A stretch of 63,430 nucleotides of DNA, counting the filler, from Octopus bimaculoides (Eukaryota): assembly GCF_001194135.2 (NCBI RefSeq). It is 5 parts of 5 records of this genome, joined end to end, with 100 filler letters (N's around TTAATTAATTAA, not from the genome) between each part and the next. Parts side by side here need not be neighbours in the genome. Positions count along the whole stretch, not along the records: positions 31,567 to 44,878 come from NC_068988.1; positions 44,979 to 55,071 come from NC_069007.1; 3 more parts are not named here. One strand, given 5' to 3'. Below, in pieces: positions 33,434 through 45,966 of this stretch. How positions within the stretch are numbered: the stretch's first letter is position 1; every line of letters begins with the position of its first letter. The translations under genes and the position numbers were made by a program. Below the pieces are notes generated by a model. It had not been told where the DNA came from and searched no databases. It worked only from the letters and a program-made list of their open reading frames with translations.

Positions 33434-36107
33434 GTCATACACATCTTTATATACACATATATCTCTGTGTTTGTTTGGTTATGTGGCGACGTGTGTGCGA
33501 GTGCGTGTGTCTATGTATATATATGTAAAATTTATGTTGTTTACACTTGCGATATGAAAAAACAAAGTCGTTCAGCATCGTATCATTATCTGAGAACTTA
33601 ATATATTCTTTCATTTCCTCTCAAATTCTCAAGCTTTTGCCGTGAGGTTGAAGCATTTTGTTAATTTTAATAACAAACCATATTAATCGTCTTTGTACTA
33701 CAATAGGCTTTGCACGCATACACACACGTGCGCGCGCATACACAAATACATGTACAGACAGACACACACACGCGCGCGCCCGAGCATGCGCACATACACG
33801 CGCATTTGTAAAGAATACTTGATACAAGCATTCGAAGTATTATTTTCTTAAATTGAAATTTACTAATTATACAAAATATCCTACAAAAACATGATGATAC
33901 CATGTGTTTGGAATAAAGGCATCGGGAGAAAAGCGTCTTCGCAGTTTAACTTCGTTATGGGGCCGTTGTATTTAGTAGTGGTCTTGATTATTTCTGTTTT
34001 TTTTGTTTCAGATTCATTCTACTTTCGCTTCTTGTGGTTGATCATTTTCTTCCTATACTTTGAAAGAAGGAAATATTCTAAATTTTGTATTTGTGCAATT
34101 CTTTCTGGAGCATTTCTAAGAAATGAATGTGTAATTTGTTGTTTATGTACTCAAATCCAATCTATGAATGATAATTCGTTATAATTCTCTTTTTGAGCAT
34201 TTGATATAGGTCAAGGGATTATTCGTTTTGAAATTCATGGTTGCATGAACCTTCAAATTTACATCTTTATTTTAAAAGAATCTTTAGATTTCCTATGTTT
34301 TAAATGTTTGGAACTACTATTCTGTAGAAATACATAACGGCAAAATTTTGGGTTTAGAAATTTAAGATAGAATTTAAATTTTAGAGTTCAATGTTACAAT
34401 TAATTCATGCGGGGGAAGAGGTGTGTGTTGAATCAATTCAATTTGCGAAGAATTTCTTGTTAGCTAGTAATCTATTATATTTAAACCATACAATTCGTAA
34501 AAGTATGAAAATACAATTCATATGTCATGGAAGTTGCTTACTGCACGACGATATTTTCTAATTTACTTGCAAATGTTTCGTCTTGGTGTAATTCCAAATA
34601 CGAAATTCTAAGATCTAAAAAAATTATACTATGCTTTATTCGTCTAATCTGGCAGTTCTGCGATAATAGGAAAATTTAGTATTACCGAAAATGTGAACCT
34701 CTTTGTTGTCCTACCGTTATCATTTCAAGGATATGCAATGTTTTCTTCGTTGCATATCCCATAAATAATGAATTCATAGGGTTGCAATTATTATCTGCTG
34801 TAATAAATCCGAGCGGCGCCAGAGACTTGTACACATACACACACATAAAGACAACATATGCACGCTCATTTATGTTTTAAGTTTACATATAGTGGAATCA
34901 ACGAGAGACCATGTACGGGGTCTTTTGATTTGCAAAAAATAGCTACACTTTACACCTAACACTTAGAAAGAAATTCGATATTTCTAATAATGTAGTTCAT
35001 CTATAGAGGTAAAAAAAAAAAGGCAGGATGGCCATGCTGCAACGTCTTTGGTAAGCGGTTTGGTGGACCACGACTGATAGGGAAATAAACCACCATCACT
35101 AGCGCCATTACCACCATCACCATCACCACCACCACCACCATCACAACCCCACCNNNNNNNNNNNNNNNNNNNNNNNNNNNNNNNNNNNNNNNNNNNNNNN
35201 NNNNNNNNNNNNNNNNNNNNNNNNNNNNNNNNNNNNNNNNNNNNNNNNNNNNNNNNNNNNNNNNNNNNNNNNNNNNNNNNNNNNNNNNNNNNNNNNNNNN
35301 NNNNNNNNNNNNNNNNNNNNNNNNNNNNNNNNNNNNNNNNNNNNNNNNNNNNNNNNNNNNNNNNNNNNNNNNNNNNNNNNNNNNNNNNNNNNNNNNNNNN
35401 NNNNNNNNNNNNNNNNNNNNNNNNNNNNNNNNNNNNNNNNNNNNNNNNNNNNNNNNNNNNNNNNNNNNNNNNNNNNNNNNNNNNNNNNNNNNNNNNNNNN
35501 NNNNNNNNNNNNNNNNNNNNNNNNNNNNNNNNNNNNNNNNNNNNNNNNNNNNNNNNNNNNNNNNNNNNNNNNNNNNNNNNNNNNNNNNNNNNNNNNNNNN
35601 NNNNNNNNNNNNNNNNNNNNNNNNNNNNNNNNNNNNNNNNNNNNNNNNNNNNNNNNNNNNNNNNNNNNNNNNNNNNNNNNNNNNNNNNNNNNNNNNNNNN
35701 NNNNNNNNNNNNNNNNNNNNNNNNNNNNNNNNNNNNNNNNNNNNNNNNNNNNNNNNNNNNNNNNNNNNNNNNNNNNNNNNNNNNNNNNNNNNNNNNNNNN
35801 NNNNNNNNNNNNNNNNNNNNNNNNNNNNNNNNNNNNNNNNNNNNNNNNNNNNNNNNNNNNNNNNNNNNNNNNNNNNNNNNNNNNNNNNNNNNNNNNNNNN
35901 NNNNNNNNNNNNNNNNNNNNNNNNNNNNNNNNNNNNNNNNNNNNNNNNNNNNNNNNNNNNNNNNNNNNNNNNNNNNNNNNNNNNNNNNNNNNNNNNNNNN
36001 NNNNNNNNNNNNNNNNNNNNNNNNNNNNNNNNNNNNNNNNNNNNNNNNNNNNNNNNNNNNNNNNNNNNNNNNNNNNNNNNNNNNNNNNNNNNNNNNNNNN
36101 NNNNATA

Positions 36108-36272
36108 TACGACAGGCTTCTTTCAGTTTCCGTCTACCAAATCCACTCACAAGGCTTTGGTCGGCCCGAGGCTATAGTAGAAGACACTTGCCCAAGGTGC
36201 CACGCAGTGGGAATGAACCCGGAACCATGTGGTTGGTAAGCAAGCTACTTACCACACAGCCACTCCTGCGCC
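36108..36272 (-). mobile_element. CORE-SINE 5' module, low divergence
   Basis: Closely matches the other copies; head ends ...CACACAGCCACTCCTGCGCC. Confidence 0.92.
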
Positions 36273-36375
36273 TATATAATGTTGTTTTTTTTTATCTTAT
36301 TGAAACCTGAATACAATCGATACAAACGTATCTGAGAATTGACGAGCGGTCTGTTGTTGTTGTTTTATTTTTGAA

Positions 36376-36978
36376 ATGGATGAGGAGGAGGTGGAGAAAG
36401 AGGAGGATAAAGAGGTTGAGGAGGAGGTGGGTGAGGATGAGCTCGAGTTTGATGTTGAGGAAGATGAGATTAAGGATAATAATGACGATGATGATGATGA
36501 TGATGAAGTTGATGACGACAATGCTGCTGCTGATGATGATGATGATGAAGATGAGGGAGATGATGAGGAGGAGGAGGATGATGATGATGAGGAGGAGGAT
36601 GAGGAGGAGGATGAGGAGGAGGAGGAGGAGGAGGAGGAGGAGGAGGAGGATGATGATGAGGATGATTACGATGATAAATATAATGATTTTGATAATTACG
36701 AAAACAATGACAATGTTGATGATGCTGATGATAATGATGATGATGAGGAGGAGGATGATGATGATGATGATGAGGAGGAGGAGGAGGAAGAGGAGGAGGA
36801 AGATGACAATGATGATGAGGATGATGATGATGAGGAGGAGGAGGATGATGAGGATGATTACGATGATAAATATAATGATTTTGATGATTACGAAAACAAT
36901 GACAATGTTGATGATGCTGATGATAATGATGATGATGATGATGAGGAGGAGGAGGAGGGTGATGATGATGATGATGAG
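36376..36978 (+). repeat. (GAT/GAG)n trinucleotide tract with an internal 192-bp-period duplication
   Basis: The block GATTACGATGATAAATATAATGATTTTGAT(A/G)ATTACGAAAACAATGACAATGTTGATGATGCTGATGATAATGAT occurs at 36664 and 36856. Confidence 0.92.
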
Positions 36979-37856
36979 TTTTATATTAATATAATTACTA
37001 TTGCTGGTGCTATTTTGCTACTGCTGTTATGTTGTTGTCATCGTCGTCATCGTTGTCATCGTTGTCATTGAATATATATATACATTAAGAGCTTAAGCGT
37101 TTGTTGTTCATGCTGTTGCTAGTGTTATGTTATCTGTGTTGTGTTCCAATAGTTGTGTTCCTATAGTTGTGTTCCTATGTTATTACTCCCATAGCTAATG
37201 ACATATGTTTGTTGTTGTTGATGTTGTTGTTACTATTATTATCAATTTCACCATCGTCATCTTCGTCGTCTTCGTTGTTGCCAGTGTTACTGATGTTCCT
37301 TTTCATGTCTTGTAATTTTCTTCTCGTTGTTATTTTTGCATTGTTGCTATTGTTATCTTTCATATTATTGGTGTTACAAACATTGGCTTCATTGTGCTTG
37401 TTCTTATTGTTATTACACTTATTACTTCCGCTGTTGACATTGTTGTTATATTTTAGGCACCGACGCCATCGTCGTTCTATTTGTTTATTATCGCAGTTAA
37501 TCCGATATGTTCGTTGGTGTTGTTGTTGTCACCAATCGATGTGTTATTGTTATGGCTGTTGTTAATATAGCTGATATTGTAGTTGTTATGGCTGTTGTTG
37601 CTGATACATTTTTGACGCCATTCCAGTACGCTCGATAGAAACACTCTCTAAAACCGTGTGACAAGTTAGTTGTCACACCTCGCAAATCTTATGGGATAAA
37701 ATGTGTGCCATACACATATTAACCTGGTTTTACTTCAGAGAACTAAACCATCACGTGGTGATGCACTCTTGCAGCTAAGATAACAGTGTAATTCGACATA
37801 ATTGCGAGTGTAGGTCGTGTACTTTTAAACCAGAGCAAGACCTAACCAAATCAAAA

Positions 37857-38015
37857 GCATGGCTGTGTGGTTAAGAAGCTCAATTTGTTACCAAGTGGTT
37901 TCGTTTTCGGTTCTATTGCGTGGCATCCCTGGAGATTGGTGTCCACTATAACAACGGGCTAACGAATGCTTCTTCAGTGCAACGAGAATCCAATAAATGG
38001 AAATTGTGTGGAAGA
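37857..38015 (+). mobile_element. Old CORE-SINE 5' module
   Basis: GCATGGCTGTGTGGTTAAGAAGCTC...GCGTGGCATCCCTGGAG...AATGGAAATTGTGTGGAAGAC. Confidence 0.6.
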
Positions 38016-38035
38016 CTGACATATAGATAGATATA

Positions 38036-39432
38036 TATCATGTTGAGTAAAAGGTAAGCAATGTTTTGAACCATAAAGTATTAGTACCGGCATTTTGAAG
38101 AGTTTGAATTGTTTTAAAACATATTTTTGCAATTGTCTGATACTATAAACATAGACTTGCCCAAATGCATCAATAAATTAACATTGATAATTCTTTTCAC
38201 CGTTGTTGCAATCATTTGAAATAGAACATTTAAAGCGCGATATTCGAGCAATTTTGCCATTCAAATTCAAAAAAGGACGTAAAGCAGCTGAAACTGTGCA
38301 CGATATCAAGGAAACGTTTGTTGAAAAACTGACCAGTGAATGGTCAGCTCGAAAATAGTTTAAACGATTTCGCAGTAGAGACTTGAGCATTGAAGATTGT
38401 GTGCGTAGTGGACGCCTGTCTCTCATCGATGACGGTCAATGAAAGACAGTCATTGAAAAAGATCCACGTAAAACCACTCGAGAACTGGAAAAAAAAAACT
38501 TCAAGTAAGCCAGAAAATGGCCTACAACCGTATGCATGAGATCAGAAAAACAAAAAAGCTCGACAAATGAGTACCACACGATTTAAATGAAATTCAGAAA
38601 ATGCGCAGAAAAGAAATTTGCTCGTNNNNNNNNNNNNNNNNNNNNNNNNNNNNNNNNNNNNNNNNNNNNNNNNNNNNNNNNNNNNNNNNNNNNNNNNNNN
38701 NNNNNNNNNNNNNNNNNNNNNNNNNNNNNNNNNNNNNNNNNNNNNNNNNNNNNNNNNNNNNNNNNNNNNNNNNNNNNNNNNNNNAATGCAAAATGGATTT
38801 TGTACAATAATGAAAAACTTTCTCCGCAGTCGTTAGACCAAAATGGTGCACCGAAAACCTTCTCTAAACCTGAGCTCTTGAAAAAGAAAGTTATGGTGCT
38901 TATTTGTTCGTGTACTGCTGGACTCACCCAGTATAGCTTCTTACATCCCGGAAAAACATTATTGCAGAATCATATTACCATGAAATTGTCAAAATGAACG
39001 AAAAACTGCAACTCCCCCTTCCCAGACTGGTCAGCAGAAGAGGGCCAATCATTCTTCATGACAATGCTCGACCACATGTTTCTCGAATGACGCTCCAGAA
39101 GTTGAGGGAACTTGGCTACGAAGTTCTTCCCTACCCAGCTTATTCCCCAGGCCCTTCTCCTACCGACTATCAGTTCTTCAAGCAGATCGATGGTTTCCTG
39201 CAAGAGAAGTAGTTCGAAAATCAGACCGATGCTGAAAGAGCGTCCGAAGAGTTCATCAGCTCCAGAACTCCAGATCTTTATGTTACCGGAATAAACAAAC
39301 TTGTAACTCGTTGGCGAAAATATGCTGATTGCAGTGGTCCTTACTCTGATGAATAAACTTTTCGCATCGTTGAAAAATATTGCGATGAATTTCATGCTTC
39401 AAAAGGTTGATTACTTTTTACCCAACTTGATA
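38036..39432 (+). mobile_element. Near full-length mariner (DD34D) element with decayed transposase
   Basis: 35-bp imperfect TIRs TATCATGTTGAGTAAAAGGTAAGCAATGTTTTGAA vs (reverse complement) TATCAAGTTGGGTAAAAAGTAATCAACCTTTTGAA. Motifs KKGRKAAET, *VPHDL (WVPHEL), HDNARPH and YSPGPSPTDY, with 34 residues between D2 and D3. Several stops and frameshifts; gap at 38626-38784. Confidence 0.95.
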
Positions 39433-42077
39433 CATACATATGTAAATAAATGGTAGAAATAAAGTAATCAATTTCATTACTTTACACCTGTTTCTGTTAT
39501 AAAGTACAGTGCATTAACTGTTCGTTCGGCATTTGAAGCTTCGTACTCGAGTAAGGTTTTAATCTAAAACATATGTATATTGACTTCTAACACCGGGTTA
39601 TTAATATCACTATGCCTAAGCGAAATCATACATACAAAATGTAATGAAAGTTGCAAAAGTTTTCAAATATTAATAGTAACAGTAGTAGTTACAAAATTAA
39701 AATGGACAATAAGCACAGTTTAAAAAGTTTCTCACATCATTCATTTCTGAAATTTATTCAAATTTATGGATATAAATATATTTAAGTATACAATACATAT
39801 ATACAGCTATAATTGCATAAAACAGAATTCCATAAAACAGTAGTTCGATATAGGTCTCTCTAGAGATTTGATGATATTCAATAACTGATAAGATATGATG
39901 CGTTTCATTGTTTCGAATGGGAACTATAATAATCTGTTCTGATGCAGTTTTAGCTGTATATATATATGTATAAATATGCGATATTGAGACCGAAAATTCA
40001 TTGTAACTTCAAGTTTTTTATATGTTGTTCATCAGATGATGTATTGTTTATTCATCAGAAGAGGGTGTAGTAAAAGATGCGTTGGTGTTTGTTTTTAATG
40101 TATGCAGCTATAGCTAAGTTAACACGATGCCATGTTCAACGATACGAGCCATGTTCTTTTATAAACTAATAAACTAGTCTAGGTATTCATCGTCTAATCA
40201 TTATATCACGAAAGTTAATTTCTTCCCGCGTCAATTCTAATGAACGTTAGACTTTTCCGAACCAGATTATACTTGATTGTACTCAGCCAATGTTTCCTTT
40301 ACCCTCCTGTAAACGTCTTGTTCAGCCGACCTCTCATACCTGCTACAGATAGAAGCTCGCCTGTGCGTCACTACAGAGTTATATTAATTTCCTGAAATGA
40401 CAATTGCACAATCGAATTGCCAGACACACAACTTGATTCATCTCGAGCCAAAGAAAACAATTAGAAATTTTGTGCGTTTTTATTTAATTGGCATATGATG
40501 TTACCTTCTTTGTTTTCGACTTTCCTAATTGCAGTCTCTGCAGATAGTTTAATATTCTCATTAAACAAATTGCTTTTACATACCTCTTCACCAGTTGTTA
40601 TCATACATTTACTTAATCCTGCTTCAACAACTAGTTTTCTTTCTTAACCACGAAATAAGTTAATCCTAAACTAGCTTCATTTGTTGCTTCATTCATCTGA
40701 GTGAAAAATGTAATGTTTTGATAAAACACTGTTTCATGTACTCATGATTCGTTTTAGGTCGCTTTCTTGTTAGATGAAAATAATGAGATGCTTGCTTTGG
40801 TAATATTTACGCATATTATACTTGTTTTAGCAATAATCTTACTTGATAATATTTCATCCACCCATGTTGTTTAAAACGGGACATTCTCAGCAAATTTTTT
40901 AAACGTTGTCTTGTGACATTATGAACACACATGCGTGCCCTCATACATATGAATGCGTTTACAGGCACATACATATATGTTTAATATAGGTGACTCGTGC
41001 TATTACACGAGTTATTACAAGGGCAGTAAACTAGAGTGGTATATCTCTTTCAAATCATAACAATGAGAAAAATAAAGATTCTACATAAGACAAGTTGCAG
41101 AGTTTGTATGTGGATTTATAAGGTGAAATGTCATGATTGTTGAAGAAAATACCTTTATTTTTATAAGTGTCTTGAAGAAAATTACTTTCAGAAGTGTATT
41201 TTTCAGTCAGTTTAAAAGTGTCTTGTTATTTAAGACAGTTTAAAAGGTGAATGGACAATCGTCTGATCCACATTAGTCCTGCATTGAACAATGTTTCGGC
41301 TTCTCAAACTACCAGCTACCGAATATAAGGGAGAACGACTACAGCTTCTCCATTTAAATGCCGTTAAAATTTGTATAACGGAACAGAACAATGTGACAGC
41401 ATACAAGCAGAATTCAATTGTGTTGTTGTTACATATTTTAATGCTTAACTATATTGCCAGCGTAGTGTAATTTGAAAATAGGGATAGCTTTTGCTAGTTT
41501 TGCTTTATATAGCCAAATTGAGTAACAAACAAGAGGTCAATCATTAGCACTTACAAATTGCAGCGCAAAATTACAAATGTCACCTACTGATGTAAAAGAG
41601 CTCATGTACATTTAATAACCTGTAAAAAGATGTATGCCGTGTATAACATATGATGCGGTGAAAAGCAATAAAGAAATTTTAACTTGGATAAATGGGAACG
41701 CATGCAGTTTCGAAGTATGTTGGTATCATTTGGTAATTCAAGTTATCTATATTTAGGAACACTGGATCTCGAAGCACATAAAGGACATTTTGGAACAGAA
41801 AATACCGCTTCGATAGAAAAAGACACAGGCTGCCTTATTAATTAAATCTAGTCCTTCGAAGAAACTTACGTATTGTTTCCTCCAAGTAAGGGATAATATA
41901 ATATTCTTTGTACTTTATACGTTGTTGTCATTCCATCGTCTATATTTCAAGATTTAATTAGAAAAGACTACTTAGTATTGAAGACCAATAGGACATTTTA
42001 AACACTCTCTGCATGAGTTATATTGACATCTATTTCTGTCCCCTCCCTTCCTTTTTCTCAATCTCTTTCTCTGTCTG

Positions 42078-42133
<56 letters not shown>

Positions 42134-42734
42134 AATGTATATATATATATATATGTATATATATGCATATACATATCAGCTCACCTGCATTTCTCCTGTA
42201 GCTATTCTTTACCTCGTAGACCTAGTCCTCTCCCCACGTCTCTCTCTCTCTCTATCTGTATGTATATATATATGCATAAGTATGTGCGTGAGTGCCCAAG
42301 TGTGTGTTTATCCCCCCTGGCCACTTGACAACTGGCCAAATGTCGTTCGCACACACACACAATTATACACACAACTAATATTTGCCTGTGTTAGTTTGTG
42401 TGTGTCTGCGCCAATAACCTTCGTATGTGTGCGAGTGTGTGTATGTGTGTACGGGCTAGTAGCTTACACTTATCTGTCTGCGCATGTCTCTCAGTCTGTC
42501 TCTAACGTGTCAACACTTTTACCATCCCCTTTCCAGAGAGTAATACGTTATCTACACCTCAGGAATTTCGCGTTAGCACTATAATATGATTGATATAAAA
42601 CGGTTTGTCATTGCATAGCACTTCAAAGCATTAAGGGTTTGCACTGTTTATCCACACGGAAGTTTATTATACGCCTACGGAAAATAAATGACAAAGTCAA
42701 ACAATCATTGTATGCATTATGACATACTGCTTCA

Positions 42735-43115
42735 AGGCGGTGAGTTGGCATAATCGGTAATACATCAGGCAACCTGCTTCACTGCATTCTTCCATCCTTA
42801 CGTTCTGAGTTCAAATTCCACCGAGGTCATCTTTGCATTTCCTCATTTAGGGTTCGATAACATAAGTACCTGTTGAACACTGGACTCAATGAAATCGATT
42901 TACGCCCCTCCCCGAAGATGCTGACCTTGTGCCAAAATCTTGAAAGCAGTATGACATACCCCTTGAAGGCGGCAAGTTGGCATTTCGTCCATCTCTACTT
43001 TCTCAGTTCAAATTCAGTAGAGGTTGACTTTGCCATTCTTCCATTCGAAGTCGGTAAAATACGCACCAGTTGATCCAGTGCGTCGATGTAATTGAAATTG
43101 CTGAGCCTCTGCCAA
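42735..43115 (+). mobile_element. Two degenerate tandem Meta-like SINEs
   Basis: Copies at about 42735-42935 and 42963-43115, each with GTTCAAATTC..GAGGT..CTTTGC. Confidence 0.7.
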
Positions 43116-44252
43116 AATTTAAAAACAATTTCACATACACCTTGAAGAAAACAAAGCAAATTCAAACCGCGGGCCGTTGTCTGCCGACATCTAACACTAC
43201 GTATCACACACACACACGAACACACACACAAATAAATAAATAAAACAAGATTAAAAACAAAAATAAAAACCAAAAGCCGAGGTAGCCATAGTCTCTAGAT
43301 GGACATTGCAGATATAAAAGCCATAGGGAAATCGAATTTTAAGAGCATATCTTCAAAACCTAGCGTGCCCAAAATTCTCGCTAGAACGTTCCCCCTACAT
43401 TGTTATCTAAAATAATGTTTTACGCAGTTGTTCAAACACAGAGTATTGATTTATTTCGAGATCTTCTTTTTTTTTCTTCCCTCTTGCCATAAAGCATCAT
43501 TTTGTTGGAAATTTTCGATCTGATGATAAAAGAAAGTTGTTCTGTCTTGAAGAGTTGAATGTAGTGCTTCTTGCTAAAGTTGTGTTTTTCAGAAACTATT
43601 TCAGCGGCGATCACTTGACGAGTTGTTTCAAAGAATGTGTCATTTATTGATTATTTTTTCTAACAGAAAGAAAGAAGGCAGGAACAAAAGAAAGGAAGAA
43701 AGAAGCGGATAGCGAAATATTGTGTGCAATGGTCTGACACAGACTATTTCTTTGTGCGATTTAGATGTGAAGATAATGTACGATCTACTATTGAACGAAG
43801 GGCGTTGTGTAGTGCGTGCATGCGCGCGCGTGTGAATTTGATTGTGTATGTTTACATATGTACATATTCCACATATCCACTGAGGCTACTTAACCCAATA
43901 AGTTTGAGTTTACATTCATACATGCATTACATACAAGTATATATANNNNNNNNNNNNNNNNNNNNNNNNNNNNNNNNNNNNNNNNNNNNNNNNNNNNNNN
44001 NNNNNNNNNNNNNNNNNNNNNNNNNNNNNNNNNNNNNNNNNNNNNNNNNNNNNNNNNNNNNNNNNNNNNNNNNNNNNNNNNNNNNNNNNNNNNNNNNNNN
44101 NNNNNNNNNNNNNNNNNNNNNNNNNNNNNNNNNNNNNNNNNNNNNNNNNNNNNNNNNNNNNNNNNNNNNNNNNNNNNNNNNNNNNNNNNNNNNNNNNNNN
44201 NNNNNNNNNNNNNNNNNNNNNNNNNNNNNNNNNNNNNNNNNNNNNNNNNNNN

Positions 44253-44303
<51 letters not shown>

Positions 44304-44307
44304 GGAG

Positions 44308-44558
44308 TTAAACACAGGTGTTATTTAAATCTTTATACTTGTTTCGAAGAAAGCATTGGTATTATTTCTGATAGAATAAAATGATGTAAAGCAATGTAAT
44401 CATCTCGTCAATGGCTTATTGATGTGTTTTCTTTCTCTATTTACCCTGACGAGATTATTACATTGTTTTACATAATTTTATTCCCCCGGGAATAATACCA
44501 ATGTTTTCTTCGAAACGTATATCGGAAGTATAAAGATTTGTATAACACTCGCGTTTAA
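44308..44558. mobile_element. TTAA-bounded MITE with ~100-bp TIRs
   Basis: The left arm TTAAACACAGGTGTTATTTAAATCTTTATACTT...ATCTCGTCA is the reverse complement of TGACGAGAT...AAGTATAAAGATTTGTATAACACTCGCGTTTAA, with a ~36-nt spacer. Confidence 0.85.
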
Positions 44559-44806
44559 TTCCATTTCTTAATTTATCTGTCATAGAAAAACATTTCACTA
44601 AACTCTGGAACTTCTACCCTTATAAGTAGGCTGTAACATCCGTGGCACTTATGTGAATTTTTGCTATCCTGTTAACGATCTATTTATGTTTTCCTTGTTA
44701 TTTGTACACATTGGAAAAATACACACACATTGATATATATATATATATATGACAAAATGGCTGATAGTTAGCAAGGTGAGACACACATAAGAAAGAAGGA
44801 AACAAA

Positions 44807-44851
44807 GGACCACTGATGAGGTCACAGAAGTGTGACGAAAGAACTCTGGCC
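44807..44851 (+). ncRNA. Minimal type I hammerhead ribozyme motif (Penelope/retrozyme type)
   Basis: GGACCA-CTGATGA-G-GTCACA-GAAG-TGTGAC-GAAA-GAAC-TC-TGGCC: intact CUGAUGA and GAAA boxes, 6-bp stem II, minimal stem III, UC cleavage site, and stem I CCA/UGG plus one G-C pair. Confidence 0.72.
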
Positions 44852-44978
44852 GAAATAAGATTAAGATTAATGTAACATNNNNNNNNNNNNNNNNNNNNNN
44901 NNNNNNNNNNNNNNNNNNNNNNTTAATTAATTAANNNNNNNNNNNNNNNNNNNNNNNNNNNNNNNNNNNNNNNNNNNN

Positions 44979-45043
<65 letters not shown>

Positions 45044-45136
45044 ATATGATATATATATATGTGTATATGATATATATATATCTATACACACACACACACA
45101 CATGCATATATATATATATATACACATATATTTACA

Positions 45137-45625
45137 ATGGGCTACTTTTAGTTTTCATTTATCAAATTTACTCACAAGGCTTTGCTTGTTACACGGCTAT
45201 TGTAGAAGACACTTGACCCCATTCAATGGGACTGACCTCAAGACCATCCACACCGTGTCACATCTTTGATGACCGATCCATTGTTCACGCACATGATGAA
45301 GTGTTCCAATGACACAACCCTCATCAAACAATGACACCTGTGAGTCATATTACACATAAGACATGTCTTTATATTCAACCTATTTACAACAAAACAATCA
45401 ATAACGCATACATTATCCAATAGCACAATACATAATTATTCTTTTATTCTTTTATTTGCTTCAGACATTTGACTGCAGCCATGCTGGAGCACTGCCCTTA
45501 GCTGAACAAATTGACCCCAGGACTTATTCTTTGTAAGCCTAGTAATTATTCTGTCGGTCAGTTTTGCCGAACCACTAAGTTACGGGGACGTAAACACACC
45601 AGCATCGGTTGTCAAGCGATGGTGG
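45137..45625 (-). mobile_element. CORE-SINE fragments (5' module part 45137-45245; 3' module 45441-45625)
   Basis: Similarity to the 5151-5550 copy. Confidence 0.75.
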
Positions 45626-45634
45626 CGGGTACAA

Positions 45635-45666
<32 letters not shown>

Positions 45667-45810
45667 GAATGATAATAATAATAAATGGAGCAAAATGTAT
45701 ATAAATAAAGTTCCCTTTATTTATATGTCACCAGCTGTGTAAACTGGAACTCTTATTTACATGTGTTTTGCTCCATTTATTATTATTATTATTATTATTC
45801 ATATCTACTC

Positions 45811-45966
45811 GGAGTGGTTGGCGTTAGGAAGGGCATCCAGCTGTAGAAACTCTGCCAAATCAGATTGGGGCCTGGTGTCGCCTCCTGGTCCACCAGCCCT
45901 CAGTCAAATCGTCCAACCCATGCTAGCATGGAAAGCGGACGTTAAACGATGATGATGATGATGATG
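45811..45966 (+). mobile_element. 5'-truncated RTE-tailed repeat with 10-bp TSD
   Basis: ATATCTACTC at 45801-45810 and 45967-45976. Ends GGAAAGCGGACGTTAAAC(GAT)n. Confidence 0.92.

Noticed and set aside
40330-40380. Minus-strand CAG/GTATGA donor with a possible 31-nt micro-exon
   Set aside because: Weak acceptor and no supporting neighbouring exons; expected by chance.
43495-43650. Polypyrimidine tract + AAG followed by a ~50-codon open frame
   Set aside because: No downstream donor and no recognisable protein similarity.
45240-45345. Perfect GTGAGT donor after a non-repeat stretch
   Set aside because: All three upstream frames contain stops within about 100 nt, and there is no clear acceptor.
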